NCBI GenBank assembly: GCA_964016885.1
Contig: OZ024750.1
Location: forward strand, 30,566,001-30,630,000
DNA length: 64,000 nt
Direction: 5' to 3'
From: Eledone cirrhosa
Lineage: Eukaryota
Part shown: positions 42,690-56,600 of the stretch, piece after piece
How positions within the stretch are numbered: position 1 is the stretch's first letter
How the letters are laid out: the number at the start of each line of letters is the position of its first letter
The notes under the pieces: model-generated
What the model was told of the DNA's origin: nothing
Database searches by the model: none
Seen by the model: the letters and a program-made list of their open reading frames with translations, nothing else
Position numbers and translations under genes: made by a program

Positions 42690-42759
42690 ATACATATATA
42701 TATACATATATATATATATACATATATATATACATATATATATACACATATATATATAC

Positions 42760-42790
<31 letters not shown>

Positions 42791-43220
42791 CATATATATA
42801 TATATACATATATACATATATTTATATACATATATATATACATATACATATATATATATACATATATATATATATACATATATATATATACATATATATA
42901 TATATACATATATATATACATATATACATATATATATATACATATATAATTATATACATATATATATATACATATATATATATATACATATATATATATA
43001 CATATATATATATATACATATATATACATATATATATATATACATATATATATATACTATATATATATTATATATATATATATATACATATATATACATA
43101 TACATATATATACATATATATACATATACATATACATATATATACTTATACATATACATATATATATATACATATATATACATATATATATATACATTTT
43201 ATATACATATATATACATAC

Positions 43221-43251
<31 letters not shown>

Positions 43252-43252
43252 C

Positions 43253-43287
<35 letters not shown>

Positions 43288-43302
43288 CATATATATACAT
43301 AC

Positions 43303-43335
<33 letters not shown>

Positions 43336-43468
43336 CATATATATACATACATATATACATATATATACATACATATATACATATATATATATATACATAT
43401 ATATACACATATATATATATACATATATATATATACACATATATATATATACATATATATATATACAC

Positions 43469-43541
<73 letters not shown>

Positions 43542-43542
43542 C

Positions 43543-43653
<111 letters not shown>

Positions 43654-43740
43654 CATATATATATACATATATATATACATATACATATATATATATACAT
43701 ATATATATACATATATATATACATATACATATATATATAC

Positions 43741-43841
<101 letters not shown>

Positions 43842-43899
43842 CATATATATATACATATATATAATATACATATATATATACATATATATATACATATAC

Positions 43900-44152
<253 letters not shown>

Positions 44153-44153
44153 C

Positions 44154-44284
<131 letters not shown>

Positions 44285-44295
44285 CATATATATAC

Positions 44296-44366
<71 letters not shown>

Positions 44367-44450
44367 CATATATATATACATATATATATACATTATATAT
44401 ATATATATATATACATATATACATATATATATATATACATATATATATAC

Positions 44451-44482
<32 letters not shown>

Positions 44483-44614
44483 ATACATATATACATATAC
44501 ATATATATATACATATATACATATATATATACATATATATATACATATATACATATATATATATACATATATATATACATATATATATATACATATATAT
44601 ATACATATATATAC

Positions 44615-44649
<35 letters not shown>

Positions 44650-44672
44650 CATATATATATACATATATATAT

Positions 44673-44793
<121 letters not shown>

Positions 44794-44844
44794 TATATAC
44801 ATATATATACATACATATATACATATATATACATACATATATAC

Positions 44845-44875
<31 letters not shown>

Positions 44876-44893
44876 CACATATATATATATGTG

Positions 44894-44962
<69 letters not shown>

Positions 44963-45047
44963 GTATATATATGTGTATATATATGTATATATATATGTAT
45001 ATATATGTATATATATATGTATATATATATGTATATATATGTATATA

Positions 45048-45098
<51 letters not shown>

Positions 45099-45123
45099 GT
45101 ATATATATATATATATATACATG

Positions 45124-45156
<33 letters not shown>

Positions 45157-45157
45157 G

Positions 45158-45190
<33 letters not shown>

Positions 45191-45191
45191 G

Positions 45192-45228
<37 letters not shown>

Positions 45229-45253
45229 TATATATATATATATATCATATAAC

Positions 45254-45323
<70 letters not shown>

Positions 45324-45405
45324 ATACATATATATATACATATATATACATATATATATACATATATATACATATATATATACATATATATACACATATA
45401 TATAC

Positions 45406-45492
<87 letters not shown>

Positions 45493-45503
45493 GTATACAT
45501 ATA

Positions 45504-45535
<32 letters not shown>

Positions 45536-45538
45536 CAC

Positions 45539-45623
<85 letters not shown>

Positions 45624-45636
45624 CATATATATATAT

Positions 45637-45715
<79 letters not shown>

Positions 45716-45916
45716 CATATATATCTATATATATATATATACATATATATGTATATATATATATATATATATATACATATATATATACATATATACATAT
45801 ATATATATATACATATATATACGTATTCTTAATCTCTGTCTCTCTCTTCACATTTTCCCTGTGTCTCTCTATGTATTCTTCTCTCACTCCAATAATGTTT
45901 TAAAAGTTTTCCTTAC

Positions 45917-46257
45917 CGAAATCCCATATCAGTGTAAAACCAATATTTGTATGAACTATGTAAGAAAATTCAGTTTGTTTCACAGATATAACATCTGATG
46001 TGAAACCTCTATCCGAAACGTCAATGTTATTAATGGTTGGTGCTTTTCCATCAACAAAGTGAATAGTGTGGTTGAGAATGTTTAAGTCAATATTCTTTGT
46101 ACAGACTGTAAATGGGAAGTTACATTCAATATTTCTGATATTAAGACTAATGAACCATCTGTTGCTTCAGAAAACGTATAAGCACAATCACTGCCAAAGG
46201 AGTAATGGACACCGTCAAATGTAGAGTAGTGAGAGGCTCCAGATGTCCAACATTCAC
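45917..46257 (-). CDS. Exon: VWD domain (D3-like), with an apparent 1-nt frameshift near 46130-46150
   Basis: gtttcag / gtaagg; [28 protein letters not shown].. in one frame, ..[25 protein letters not shown] in another; 341 nt where phase 1-1 requires 342. Confidence 0.85.
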
Positions 46258-46559
46258 CTGAAACAGAAACAGAATTCTTTATTAGACTTTGATCAGTAAC
46301 AATTATATGTCTCTCTCTTTCATGGAGATAGTTGCTGAATTTTTTCTTTTTTGGTCACCCCAAGCCACTAAAATGCAAAGTTTACTGAGAAGGGAGAAGG
46401 AATAGACAGAAAGAATATAATTCAAGGAGTGAGAAGATGACAAATGATATTGCTTTTGAATTTTTGCAAATTGTAGAAGCCAGAAAAGCAAAAAGCTGAA
46501 AGAGAATTTCATAGGTGAGATGTGTGAGAGAAGATGCTGAAATCTGGGGATGTAGGAGT

Positions 46560-48566
46560 CAAACTAGTCACCTGCACAACCAATCAGGTAATACATGATG
46601 GGGGTTCATAGCCAACGACTGGCATAGTAGTAGACTCATTAATTGCTTCAAGGAAAAAGGTGAGGCATTAGTAAAGAGCAATTACAGGGGCATAAAACTA
46701 ATGGACCACATAATGAAAAGTAACAGAAAGCGTTTTAATATAAATAATTAGGGAAAGAGTTAAATTAGGTGAGATGCAGTTTGATTTTGTGCCAGGGAGA
46801 AGTAGTACAGATGCCCTCTTTTTAGTAAGACAACTACAAGAAATGTTCCTAGCTAAGTGTAAGCTACTACATCTCGCTTTTGTTAATCTGGAGCAAACTT
46901 TTAACAGAGTACTATGATCTGTTACCTGTTGGTCCTTAAAGAAACTAAGTGCAAAAGCGTAAATCATGTACAGGTGCTGTCAGTAAGGTGAGTGTAGGTA
47001 ATGAGTTTAGCAAGGAATTCAAAGCGCAGTCGTAGGTGTTCATCAAGGCTAAGTCCTCAGCGCAAACCTGTTTATTATAATTCTCTAGGTGATAACAGGA
47101 ATTTAAAACGGTTGTCCATGGGAACGTCTCTGTGTTGACAACCTGGTTTTTATAGCTAAATTTATGGAAGAGAAGAAATTCTGGCTTGAAAAAAACCAAT
47201 GTTTTGGTAAGCAGGAAAGATCACATCAGGAGAGCGCCCCTACACAATATGTAGAAAAGGAATAAGTAGTAATTATATACGGTGTACACAATTTAAATCT
47301 TGAGTACACAAGAGGTCTAGTGGGGTAGTAGGCTGACTAACAGAACAGGCAAACTTTGTATGTGGCAGATGCACAGGGTTAGTCAGTAGTAAGAGCATCA
47401 GTAACATTAACATTTTCCAATCCTATAAAGGCTCCATAGAAGTGGTTGATAGCTTCTGCTAACTAGGGGATCAAATTAGTTGAGGAGGAAGTTGCATCGA
47501 AAGTATAGCAGCTAGAGTAAGAAGAGGATGGAAAAAAATTTAGGGAGTTACTACCTCTGTTAACAACAAAAGGTTTCTCTCTAAGAAAAAAAAAAAGGCT
47601 GGCTCTATGACACATGTGTATAATAATAATAAGGAAATTATTGTGTACAGTGCTCAGGTGCACTACAACTCATCAAAGGTGCATGTATAGTACATAAAAC
47701 AATGTACAAATGTCAGGAAAGTGAACAGTGTATGAGTCATGATATACATGTGTGTGTCTGTGTGTATGGAGAGGGGGGGGGGGCATCAGGTGTAGTGTTG
47801 GTGAGTTTCAGGAAGCATGGAGGTTTTAAAGGATGCAGTGTCTCGGCAGCTAACAACTGATGCAGGTAGTTTGTTCCATGCTTCAGCAACTCTGAGCGTG
47901 AAAAAATTTTCCCGAAAGTCATTGGAGCTGTGCTGTTTTCTGACTTTGTAGGCATGCCCATGTGTGTTAGACACATGGAAATCTAAAAGGTGCTCAGGGT
48001 TGTTGTTGGCAAGATGGTTAATAACTTTGTGGGTGTTCACCAAGTCAGTTGCCAGACGTCGGAGCTTCAATGTATCCATGCCCAGAGAAGCAAGGCATTC
48101 AGAGTATGGTAGATGCCTGATGGAGGGTATTGAAGTGAGATGTTGTATAGCAATGAAACATGGGCAGTGAATGTAGAGGATATGAGAAGGTTGGAGAGAA
48201 ATGTGAAATGTTAATATACATAAAATACAACACATAGATGAGCTGAGAGAAAAGATGGATATAAGAGAAATCAGATGTAGTGTGTAGGAGAGATGTTGGC
48301 AATGTTATGGTCATGTGATGCATATGGATGATGATCATTGGGTAAAGAAGTACCAAGTAGTCCCAGTGGAAAGAAGCTACAGTAGAGGGAGGCCAAGGAA
48401 GACCTGGGCAGAGGTGGTGGGATCTGATCTCAAATCACTGAATCTTTCATTCAAGTTATCAAAACACGGCAACAAATGGAGAGACGCTGTGCTGGAAAAG
48501 AAACGTCCAACACATGCAAACATGGAAAACAGACATAAAATAGTGATGATGATGATGGTGAGGATG
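46560..48566 (+). mobile_element. Degraded RTE copy (RT, PHD remnant, 3' end)
   Basis: Frameshifted remnants of NYRGIKLMD, QFDFVPG, GHVMHM and [11 protein letters not shown]; (GAT)n tail. Confidence 0.85.
47620..48131 (-). mobile_element. CR1-group LINE 3' fragment nested in a degraded RTE
   Basis: LPYSECLASLGMDTLKLRRL..FFTLRVAEAWNKLP; splits the RTE between its LYD and ETW motifs. Confidence 0.85.
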
Positions 48567-48660
48567 AAAAATATATGTTTTCCTTGACAGAATACCAGTC
48601 TACTACATGAAACATATCCAGAAGATAAATTTTATATTTTGATATAACAAAGAAACTAAC

Positions 48661-48713
48661 CTGGACAATTATTCGAAACATTTTCTTCCTTCCATATGGA
48701 ATTTATACATTCT
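48661..48713 (-). CDS. Small exon: end of E' module
   Basis: tttctttcag / gttagt; 53 nt, phase 2 to 1, exactly bridging the phases of both neighbours; ECINSIWKEENVSNNCP. Confidence 0.82.
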
Positions 48714-48883
48714 CTGAAAGAAAAAGAACATTGAAGATATTAAATTTAAGATATTGCAAATGAGATGTGGCTCTTGGCCCATCTAATAGGTCAGTAGCTC
48801 TGATTAAGTATAGGCTTCGTCTGTAACAACCTATTCAACCCTTGCTAGCAGGGAGAATGGATGTTATATGATGATGATGATTA

Positions 48884-48914
<31 letters not shown>

Positions 48915-48915
48915 A

Positions 48916-49520
48916 AGGACGGTGGATTGGCAGTATCGGTAGAGGGTCGGATCTCATGCTTTGCCGCATAGAGTTACGCCCCTTTACGGTCTGAGTGCAA
49001 ATCCAGCCGAGGTTAACTTTGCCTTTCATCCCTACGGGGTCGATAAAATAAAGTACCAGTAATGCACTGGGATAATTGCTGGCCTTGTGCCTAAAGTAGA
49101 AACAATTATTATTATTATTATAAGGGCGGTGGATTGGCAGTATCGGTAGAGGGTCGGATCTCATGCTTTTGCCGCATAGAGTTACGCCCCTTTACGGTCT
49201 GAGTTCAAATCCCGCCGAGGTTAACTTTGCCTTTCATCCCTACGGGGTCGATAAAATAAAGTACCAGTAATGCACTGGGTAATTGCTGGCCTTGTGCCTA
49301 AAGTAGAAACAATTATTATTAGGGCGGTGGATTGGCAGTATCGCTAGAAGGTCAGACGCCATGCTTTGCAGCATAGAGTTACGGCCCTTTACGCTTAACC
49401 TTGCCTTTCATCCTTAAGGGGTTGATAAAATATAGTTGCTGGTTGATAAAATATAGTTGCTGGTTGATAAAATATAGTTGCTGGCCTTGTGCCAAAAGTA
49501 GAAACAATTATTATTATTAT
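48916..49520 (+). mobile_element. Three head-to-tail copies of SINE family B (tRNA-derived, (ATT)n tail)
   Basis: A box tggcagtatcgg, B box gagttcaaatcc, central gcctttcatccctacggggtcgataaaataaagtaccag (Meta-domain-like, unconfirmed). Minus-strand copies at 868-1044, 1237-1414, 5279-5455, 5648-5825, 9719-9874, 56960-57146, 59590-59795, 59815-59985, 63237-63421. Confidence 0.85.
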
Positions 49521-49789
49521 CTTCATCTAATATGTCATTGGAAAGGATAGTCTACTTAAGCCTGCTTTGTTTTTATATTAAGTAGACTATATTATGTTGA
49601 TGAGTTCTAATATCTCTGAACCAAGACTTTAGTTGTCACTTTTTAAATTTTCATCCAATACATGAAAATTGAATTTTCTGTAATATTAATTCTTAATTTC
49701 TTGAAATTATCTCTTCTTTGCTTTGAGAATCAATAAAAATTAGGGTTAAATGGAGACTTGTCAGAATTGCTAAAACATCAAATAGGGTG

Positions 49790-50463
49790 ACTTAGCATCA
49801 CTCAGCAAGACCTTTGTCAGCCGCTCTCCAGCTATCTATTTAAAGCTGTATATAGCTATGGTGCGGCCACACTTAGCATTTGCATCACCAATCTGGAACC
49901 CCTATCTTGCCCTCCTGGACACTGTTCAGAGACGTACAACCAAGAGAATACCTTCCATCAGGCATCTACCATACTATGAATGCCTTGCTTCCCTGGGCAT
50001 GGATACATTGAAGCTCCGACATCTGGCAACTGACTTGGTAAACACCCACAAAATTATTAACAATCTTGCCAACAACAACCCTGAGCACCTTTTTGATTTC
50101 CATGTGTCTAACACACGTGGGCATACCTATTAAGTTGGAAAACAGCACAGCTCCCATGACTTTTGGAAACATTTTTTCACGCTCAGAGTTGCTGAAGCAT
50201 GGAACAAACTACCTGCATCAGTTGTTAGATGCCGAGACGAGACAATGCATCCTTTAAAACCTCCATGCTTTCTGAAATTCGCTAACACTACACCTGATGT
50301 CCCCCCCTCCCTCCATACACACAGACACACACATGTATTTCATGACTCATACACTGTTCATTTTCCTGACAGTTGCACATTATTCTATGTACTATACATG
50401 CACCTTTGATGAGTTGTAGTGCACCTGAGCACTGTACACAATAATTTCCTTATTATTATTATT
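49790..50463 (+). mobile_element. CR1-group LINE 3' fragment
   Basis: MVRPHLAFASPIWNPY..VQRRTTK..; (ATT)n tail. Confidence 0.87.
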
Positions 50464-50466
50464 TTA

Positions 50467-50858
50467 CAGCCGTTGTCGACAACATTTTGGACCTCACGGA
50501 CCACTAATTTCGTAATTTTAAATCCCGCCGACCCCTAATATGAATTTTTTAAAAAGATAAATACATTTGTAAAACACTAATCAGCGAACTTCCATTTTAT
50601 AAAACAATACTGAAGCATACGTGTGTCATATTGTCAATAGATGATACATATGTGTAAGATTCTTTCATGGATGTTAGTTCTTTACTGAGGAGAAACATTT
50701 TTTAGGGGTGTTATAAAATATATTTTAACCAAATATTATTTTTGTTTTATTATTAATAAAACATAAAAATTGCAAATAATGTCCAAATTTTTCCTCAGAC
50801 CACAAAAATTATCTCTTGGACCACCAGTGGTCCGCGGACCTTCGGTTGGCGACCACTG
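50467..50858. mobile_element. hAT-type MITE; similar CAG..CTG elements at 55567-55863 and about 62545-62837
   Basis: Degenerate termini cagccgttgtcgacaac / gttggcgaccactg with internal ggaccac subterminal motifs. Confidence 0.5.
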
Positions 50859-51635
50859 CTTTACAGTATTTGTTTTGGTTCTCTGTGCTCTGAATTCAAA
50901 ACCCACCAGAATGAACTTTGTCTTTCATCCTTTTATCCTGAGGTAGATAAAAAATACCAGTCTGGTACTGGAGTCGATTCTTCCTCTATATCCCTTTCCC
51001 ATTTCCTCTCAATCACTCTCACCTTCTCTGAAAGAACTTGGCTGTGCTCAGACATGTAGGGATGGGCTCCATTAGGTTTAACATGCCTAATATATGGTGT
51101 TTGTCAGTGTGGTGCCCCTATGACATCATCAAGAGTAATTGGTTAAGAAGTAGAACAATAACTACTATTAGGTTTTCCAGTTCTTTCTCCAACTTAGACA
51201 CAACTTTCGATTCATTATGATATTTTTATGTTTGTCATTTACTAGGTCACCAATCACATGAATTAGATAAATTCATGCTATTGGGCTTGGAAGTATAACT
51301 GCTAGGAAGTGTGGGAGACCACGGAGAGCTGGCATACAATGAGTGTGGGAGTGCCTACCTCAGCAAAGCTGGATTAAAAAGTCACAAAAGTAATCATATA
51401 CAAAGGGCTGATGCAGACTACATTGGTGTGTATAGTATAACAACCTCCTGTCAAAGTGGTAAAGTCTACCAATCAGCAAGAGGCCTGAGGTGGCACATGA
51501 AAGTACAAGGCTACCAGCCACTAATTCCTGGTGCCAAAGGGCATGTCTGTAACATCTGTAATATTCAGGTAACTGCTACACAAGAGTGTGAGGATGCTGC
51601 CATCATATATATAAACATACACACATATATATTTG

Positions 51636-52680
51636 TTTTCTAAGAGCCCACCAGATTAAGGTGTGTGGGACTCTGTCAAAGGCCTTCTCCAGGTCAACAA
51701 AAGTTAAGTAGAGGGGTTTACTGTTAGCTAGGTACTTTTCCTGTAATTGCTGTACAAGGAAAAGAGCGTCCATGCTACTTTTACCTGACACAAACCCAAA
51801 CTGCATTTCATCTAGATAAATTTGGTCTCTAATCAGTTGAATAATAACTCTTTCTGTGACTTTCATGACTTGGTCAACTAATTTAATGCCCCTATAGTTT
51901 CCTCTATCCAAGGCGTCTCCTTTTCCATTGTAACAGTTGATGATGATGCTGCTATGCCAGTCAATTGGTATGACCCCATTCTGTATTACTTGATTCACTA
52001 TCCGGGTGACCATAGTATGTCCCGCCATTCCAGATACCTTCAACATTTCAGCAACTATCCCCGAAGGCCCAGCTGCCTTGCCTGTCTTCATATTTTTGAT
52101 TGCCTTACTTACTACACTACTATTAACATGCACAGCTGGTCCTTCTGTTGGATCGATGTGGGGCAGCCAATCTTTATTCCATTCGTTCTCCACATTCAGC
52201 AGTCTCTCGTAGTGACACTTCCAAGCTACCCTATCACTGTCAGTGAGGGCAAGAACACCATCATCATTATGGACACGTCTCCCTAACAATATCACAATTC
52301 TCCTTGACACATTGCCTTGCAATCCTGAATACCTCATGTCTTTGGTCCTCTCGTAGAATATGCTTGAACGTACTATCCTCTGCTTCCCTCTTTGCAAGGT
52401 ATACTTATTGTCTAGCTTCTCTCCTATCTACCCAAGAGTTCTCTACTACTCCCATTCTTTCCAAGCCTGCTTTTTGCCCTTGATGGATTCCTCCACCTTA
52501 CTGTCTTACTGTTCCACCACCATGTCACTCTCCTCCTGCCTAACAGTCTACTCCAGCCACAGATTTCATTAGTTGCCTTCAACAGGTTAACTTTCAGGAA
52601 TTCCCACTGTTCCTCTATATCTCTAATTGCTCTTCCTTACTATCAAAAGCACCAAGTAATATGCCTTTAAATTTGTATAT
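51636..52680 (-). mobile_element. Degraded internal RTE fragment
   Basis: MKTGKAAGPSG..NYRGIKLVDQVMK..FVDLEKAFDRVP. Confidence 0.88.
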
Positions 52681-52921
52681 GAATGAAAGGATTCTCGTCC
52701 TGTAGACGTAATTTCTATATACAATGAATACCTTATATGCTCTGTTAGTAGACTAGTGGAATATTTTCTGTAGTCAATATACAGCGAAAGCTAATTCAGT
52801 TTTCAAAATACAGCGAAAGCTTCTAATTCAGTTTTCAAAATACAGTGAAAGCTTCTAATTCAGAATAATTGTTAGATGAAGTCCATTGGTGTATGGAAAT
52901 AAATAGAATGCTAATACTTAC

Positions 52922-53013
52922 AAGTTTTTACAGCCAATTGACAATTTACTACTTGGAGACATCCATGTTTCCCCATATTTGCAAGGACATTCACTTGGCG
53001 AAACGCAAGTTCC
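52922..53013 (-). CDS. Exon: end of TIL' / E' module
   Basis: aattag / gtaagt; 92 nt, phase 0 to 2; GTCVSPSECPCKYGETWMSPSSKLSIGCKN. Confidence 0.88.
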
Positions 53014-53716
53014 CTAATTTCAGAAGTTTAGAAAAACAGAATGATCAGATTAATATAATTTGGTTGTGATAGGTTAGTTAGTAGAAATACATGTGTACAA
53101 TGCTTACGATAGAGGTATGGAATATTGTGTACTCTCGTGTCTCAAATAATCAATACCACTCCTCTTATTTTTCCACTCCCTCTGCTAATTAAATTTTGCT
53201 GTTCTATCTCTGGTGAAATTTTAATTTAAGTGGAAGCATTCCTGTGACAATTTTCTTTATACTTAAAAAAACATTATACATGATAAAAGTACATTACTAG
53301 AAATCCCACATGTTATAAATAGGATGAACTTTTCAGCTGGCCCTCGAGTATATATATCATTTTTCATAATCATTTCATTTTATGTCCACTTTTCCCTGCT
53401 TGCAAGGGTGGGACGGGAACTGATTCTGGCTTGATTTCTACAGCTGGATGCCCTTCCTAACACCAACCTCATTTACAGTGAGTGCTGGGTGCTTTTTTGC
53501 CGTGGTAATATTCCCTGCATGTATCATATAGCTTCAAGACAGCTTCTTTTTATAATACTTTTCAATGTTTTGTTGTCTTTTCATTGTGATATTCTTTTGC
53601 TCTTATTCTTCAATATATTGTAACTGACACTAATAATTATAATTAGTCTTCTCAAATATAATGTATCTTAATGAATGTTCTAAGGATTAGGAATTTATTT
53701 ATTTTAACATTGTATA

Positions 53717-53763
53717 TGCTCCGATGATTCCAGACATATGTCTGGAAGAAACGATTGTTAGCA
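53717..53763 (+). ncRNA. Hammerhead-like motif with U4C core variant
   Basis: tgct-CCGATGA-ttccagaca-ta-tgtctggaa-GAAAC-gatt-GTT-agca. Confidence 0.6.
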
Positions 53764-54177
53764 ATTAAATGCATTAAACAAAAATTCGATTGTTTTCTTT
53801 GTTGTATTTCTGCTCTGTACTATATCTGATATTTTACATTGAGCTAATTTTCTTATTGGTAACTGGCAATACAAAATATTACCCTTATCTTATTTATAAT
53901 TGTATATAGATTATATCTATAAGTATAAATATTATTATTACTATTATTATATATTACTATTATTATATATATATTTATATGTGTGTGTGTATCCCGGGTT
54001 CAATCGGGGGTAACCACAGTAAGGTACTCAACACATAGTAGAGTATATAATGTTTAATATAAAAATGGCTTCTAGAGGACTAGAACTGTTTCCTTCGAAA
54101 GAAATCATCATTCCTACAAATGAAAGTTCTAGTCCTGTAGAAGCCATGTCTATATTAAACATTATATATATATATAT

Positions 54178-54568
54178 ATATTGTTATACTTTGGGAGGGT
54201 CATGTTGCCAATAAGAAACACATGCACCAGTTGCTTTCACTTCAATTTATTATAATAAATTTATAAATTTATAAATTTCTGGTTGGTTGGTTGGTTCCAC
54301 AACCAGATAGTTGTTTATATATTGTCATAGTTCTTTCGTCACACACTCTGTGACCTCTTCAGTGACTGGGGATTCTTTTCTTTGTTTTTTGTGCCTCTCC
54401 TTTGTTCTGTCCTATGCCATTTTTCAACTATCTGGTTGTGGAACCAACCAACCAACCAGAAATTTATAAATTTATAAATTTATAAATTTATTATAATAAA
54501 TTGAAGTGAAAGCAACTGGTGCGTGTGTTTCTTATTGGCAACATGACCCTCCCAAAGTATAACAATAT
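54178..54568. repeat. Long inverted repeat (arms 54178-54313 and 54425-54568)
   Basis: Arms are near-perfect reverse complements; the loop holds the hammerhead motif. Confidence 0.92.
54324..54366 (-). ncRNA. Minimal type-I hammerhead ribozyme motif
   Basis: gtca-CTGAAGA-g-gtcaca-gagtg-tgtgac-GAAAG-aa-CTA-tgac; all three stems pair. Confidence 0.72.
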
Positions 54569-54748
54569 CGGTTTCAACACACGATTTCAGATAAAGAATC
54601 TTGCTAAACAAATTCAGAAACGAAATATATATATATATATATATATATTGAATATGCAATCTCTATATATATATATATATACCATCTAACCCATGCTAGC
54701 GTGGAAGAACGGATGTAAAACGGTGATGATGATGATGATGATGATATA

Positions 54749-54870
54749 TATGAGGGTTGGCTGAAAAGTTCATAGTCTAACCAAGCCACTTTTATGGAAT
54801 GACCAAATGAGGTATATTTTTCATCATGCCATCATTGTCAGCCTATGAACCTTTCAGCCTATCCTTGCGT
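54749..54870. mobile_element. Tc1/mariner-type MITE; related copy at 17264-17460
   Basis: TIRs gagggttggctgaaaagttcatag / ctatgaacctttcagcctatcctt. Confidence 0.6.
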
Positions 54871-54888
54871 GTTTTGGGATTTACTTAC

Positions 54889-55084
54889 ATTAGGAGTTAA
54901 GACAAAATTTGAAGGACATCGACATCCTTCATATTCTTCAGCATAAAGAAGACATGGCTCAGGTTTGGATAAAGTATGACATGTCTCTTGGCAATCTGTT
55001 GCACCGACAACCCATTGTTGGTTTTTGGGACATATAACTTCTTCTTCAGTTGTTTGGCACTTCCATTGACCATCGGAGCATTCA
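54889..55084 (-). CDS. Exon: end of E module plus TIL' (D'-like)
   Basis: atttcag / gtaagt; 196 nt, phase 2 to 0; ECSDGQWKC...CPKNQQW..CQETCHTL..EGCRCPSNFVLTPN. Not in the ORF track. Confidence 0.9.
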
Positions 55085-56006
55085 CTGAAATCAGGAAATT
55101 ACATGTCATATAACATCTTTACACTATTTTACATTAACCGTATCATAACCGCATTTCTAATGAAATACACTCTATTTTAATTAATTAATGAAGAATTTTG
55201 AAGGATTTATGGAAATTAATAATTATTTCATTACTAAGATAGTAATTTAATATAAGGTTCTTATATAAAATTATCCTGGAACATTTAAATTTAAATGGGA
55301 AAACCTTTAAAATGCATGGTTTTATTTTATAGAACCAAAGCTGGTTTTGGCTAGGTTGGTAACTAAAGGGTTAAATTTTCATTTCAAATTATTTTCCAAA
55401 ATATAAAAGCATAAATATGGAAAAGCTAGTATGGAAAATGGACATTAAATGGTGATGATGATGAAGATGTATATAAATATTTCTTAAATTTATATAATTA
55501 GATTGATGATAGTAGTGTAATGCTGCCTGAGTAACATGGATGATGACAATTAGAGACCATCCACAACAGGGGTCTCAAACATATAGCCTGTAAACTACTT
55601 TTTTATGGCCTGTGGCAGAAGAATTTTCGTGATTAATATTTTCATAAAACTTAGTGATTTGTCCCCTGCTCCTTCCATACTTTTGCAGCAGCAGGGGTAG
55701 TAGCAATATTAAGTAATAAATAAATAGCAGCCTAATAGCTGTATTGCAGATTAGTATTATAACTAGTGAAAATCAGCCCCACCCCTCCACTTCACTTTTG
55801 GCCTGCTGTGCTCCTCTCGCAGGATGTAATGGTCTTTTTGAGTCCTTGAGGTCGAGACCTTTGCTTTACATGGTTACTTAGCATGTAAGAAATAACAGCT
55901 AACTCTTTCACAAATCACACCCTATCTTAAATAATTTTTAATAAGGAAAGGACACATTGCATAATGTTGTTTGGGGAACACTGTGCCTTGATTAAAGAAA
56001 CAAAAG

Positions 56007-56600
56007 CAAGATGGTAATGATTTGAACTCCTTTGACCATAGGTATACCACATGAGGCTGAGCTAGGGTTAAACAAGATGGCAATGATTTGAACTCCTTTG
56101 ACCATAGGTATACCACATGTGGTTGAGTTAGGGTTAAACAAGATGGCAATGATTTGAACTCCTTTGACCATAGGTATACCACATGAGGCTGAGCTAGGGT
56201 TAAACAAGATGGCAATGATTTGAACTCCTTTGACCATAGGTATACCACATGAAGCTGAGCTAGGGTTAAACAAGATGGCAATGATTTGAACTCCTTTGAC
56301 CATAGGTATACCACATGTGGCTGAGTTAGGGTTAAACAAGATGGCAATGATTTGAACTCCTTTGACCATAGGTATACCACATGAGGCTGAGCTAGGGTTA
56401 AACAAGATGGCAATGATTTGAACTCCTTTGACCATAGGTATACCACATGAAGCTGAGCTAGGGTTAAACAAGATGGCAATGATTAGAACTCCTTTGACCA
56501 TAGGTATACCACCTCAGGTTGACCAAGGGCTAAACAAGATGGTAATGATTAGAACTCCTTTGACCATAGGTATATCGTCTCAGGCTGATCGAGGGCTACA
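56007..56600. repeat. 66-bp minisatellite, 9 copies
   Basis: Unit caagatggcaatgatttgaactcctttgaccataggtataccacatgaggctgagctagggttaaa. Confidence 0.95.

Noticed and set aside
51311-51643. C2H2 zinc-finger-like ORF
   Set aside because: Cys/His ligands are degenerate; more likely a decayed retroelement C-terminus than a gene.
55922-56501. 22-aa repeat ORFs on the gene strand
   Set aside because: Minisatellite translation; the flanking exons already join in phase (TG|T).
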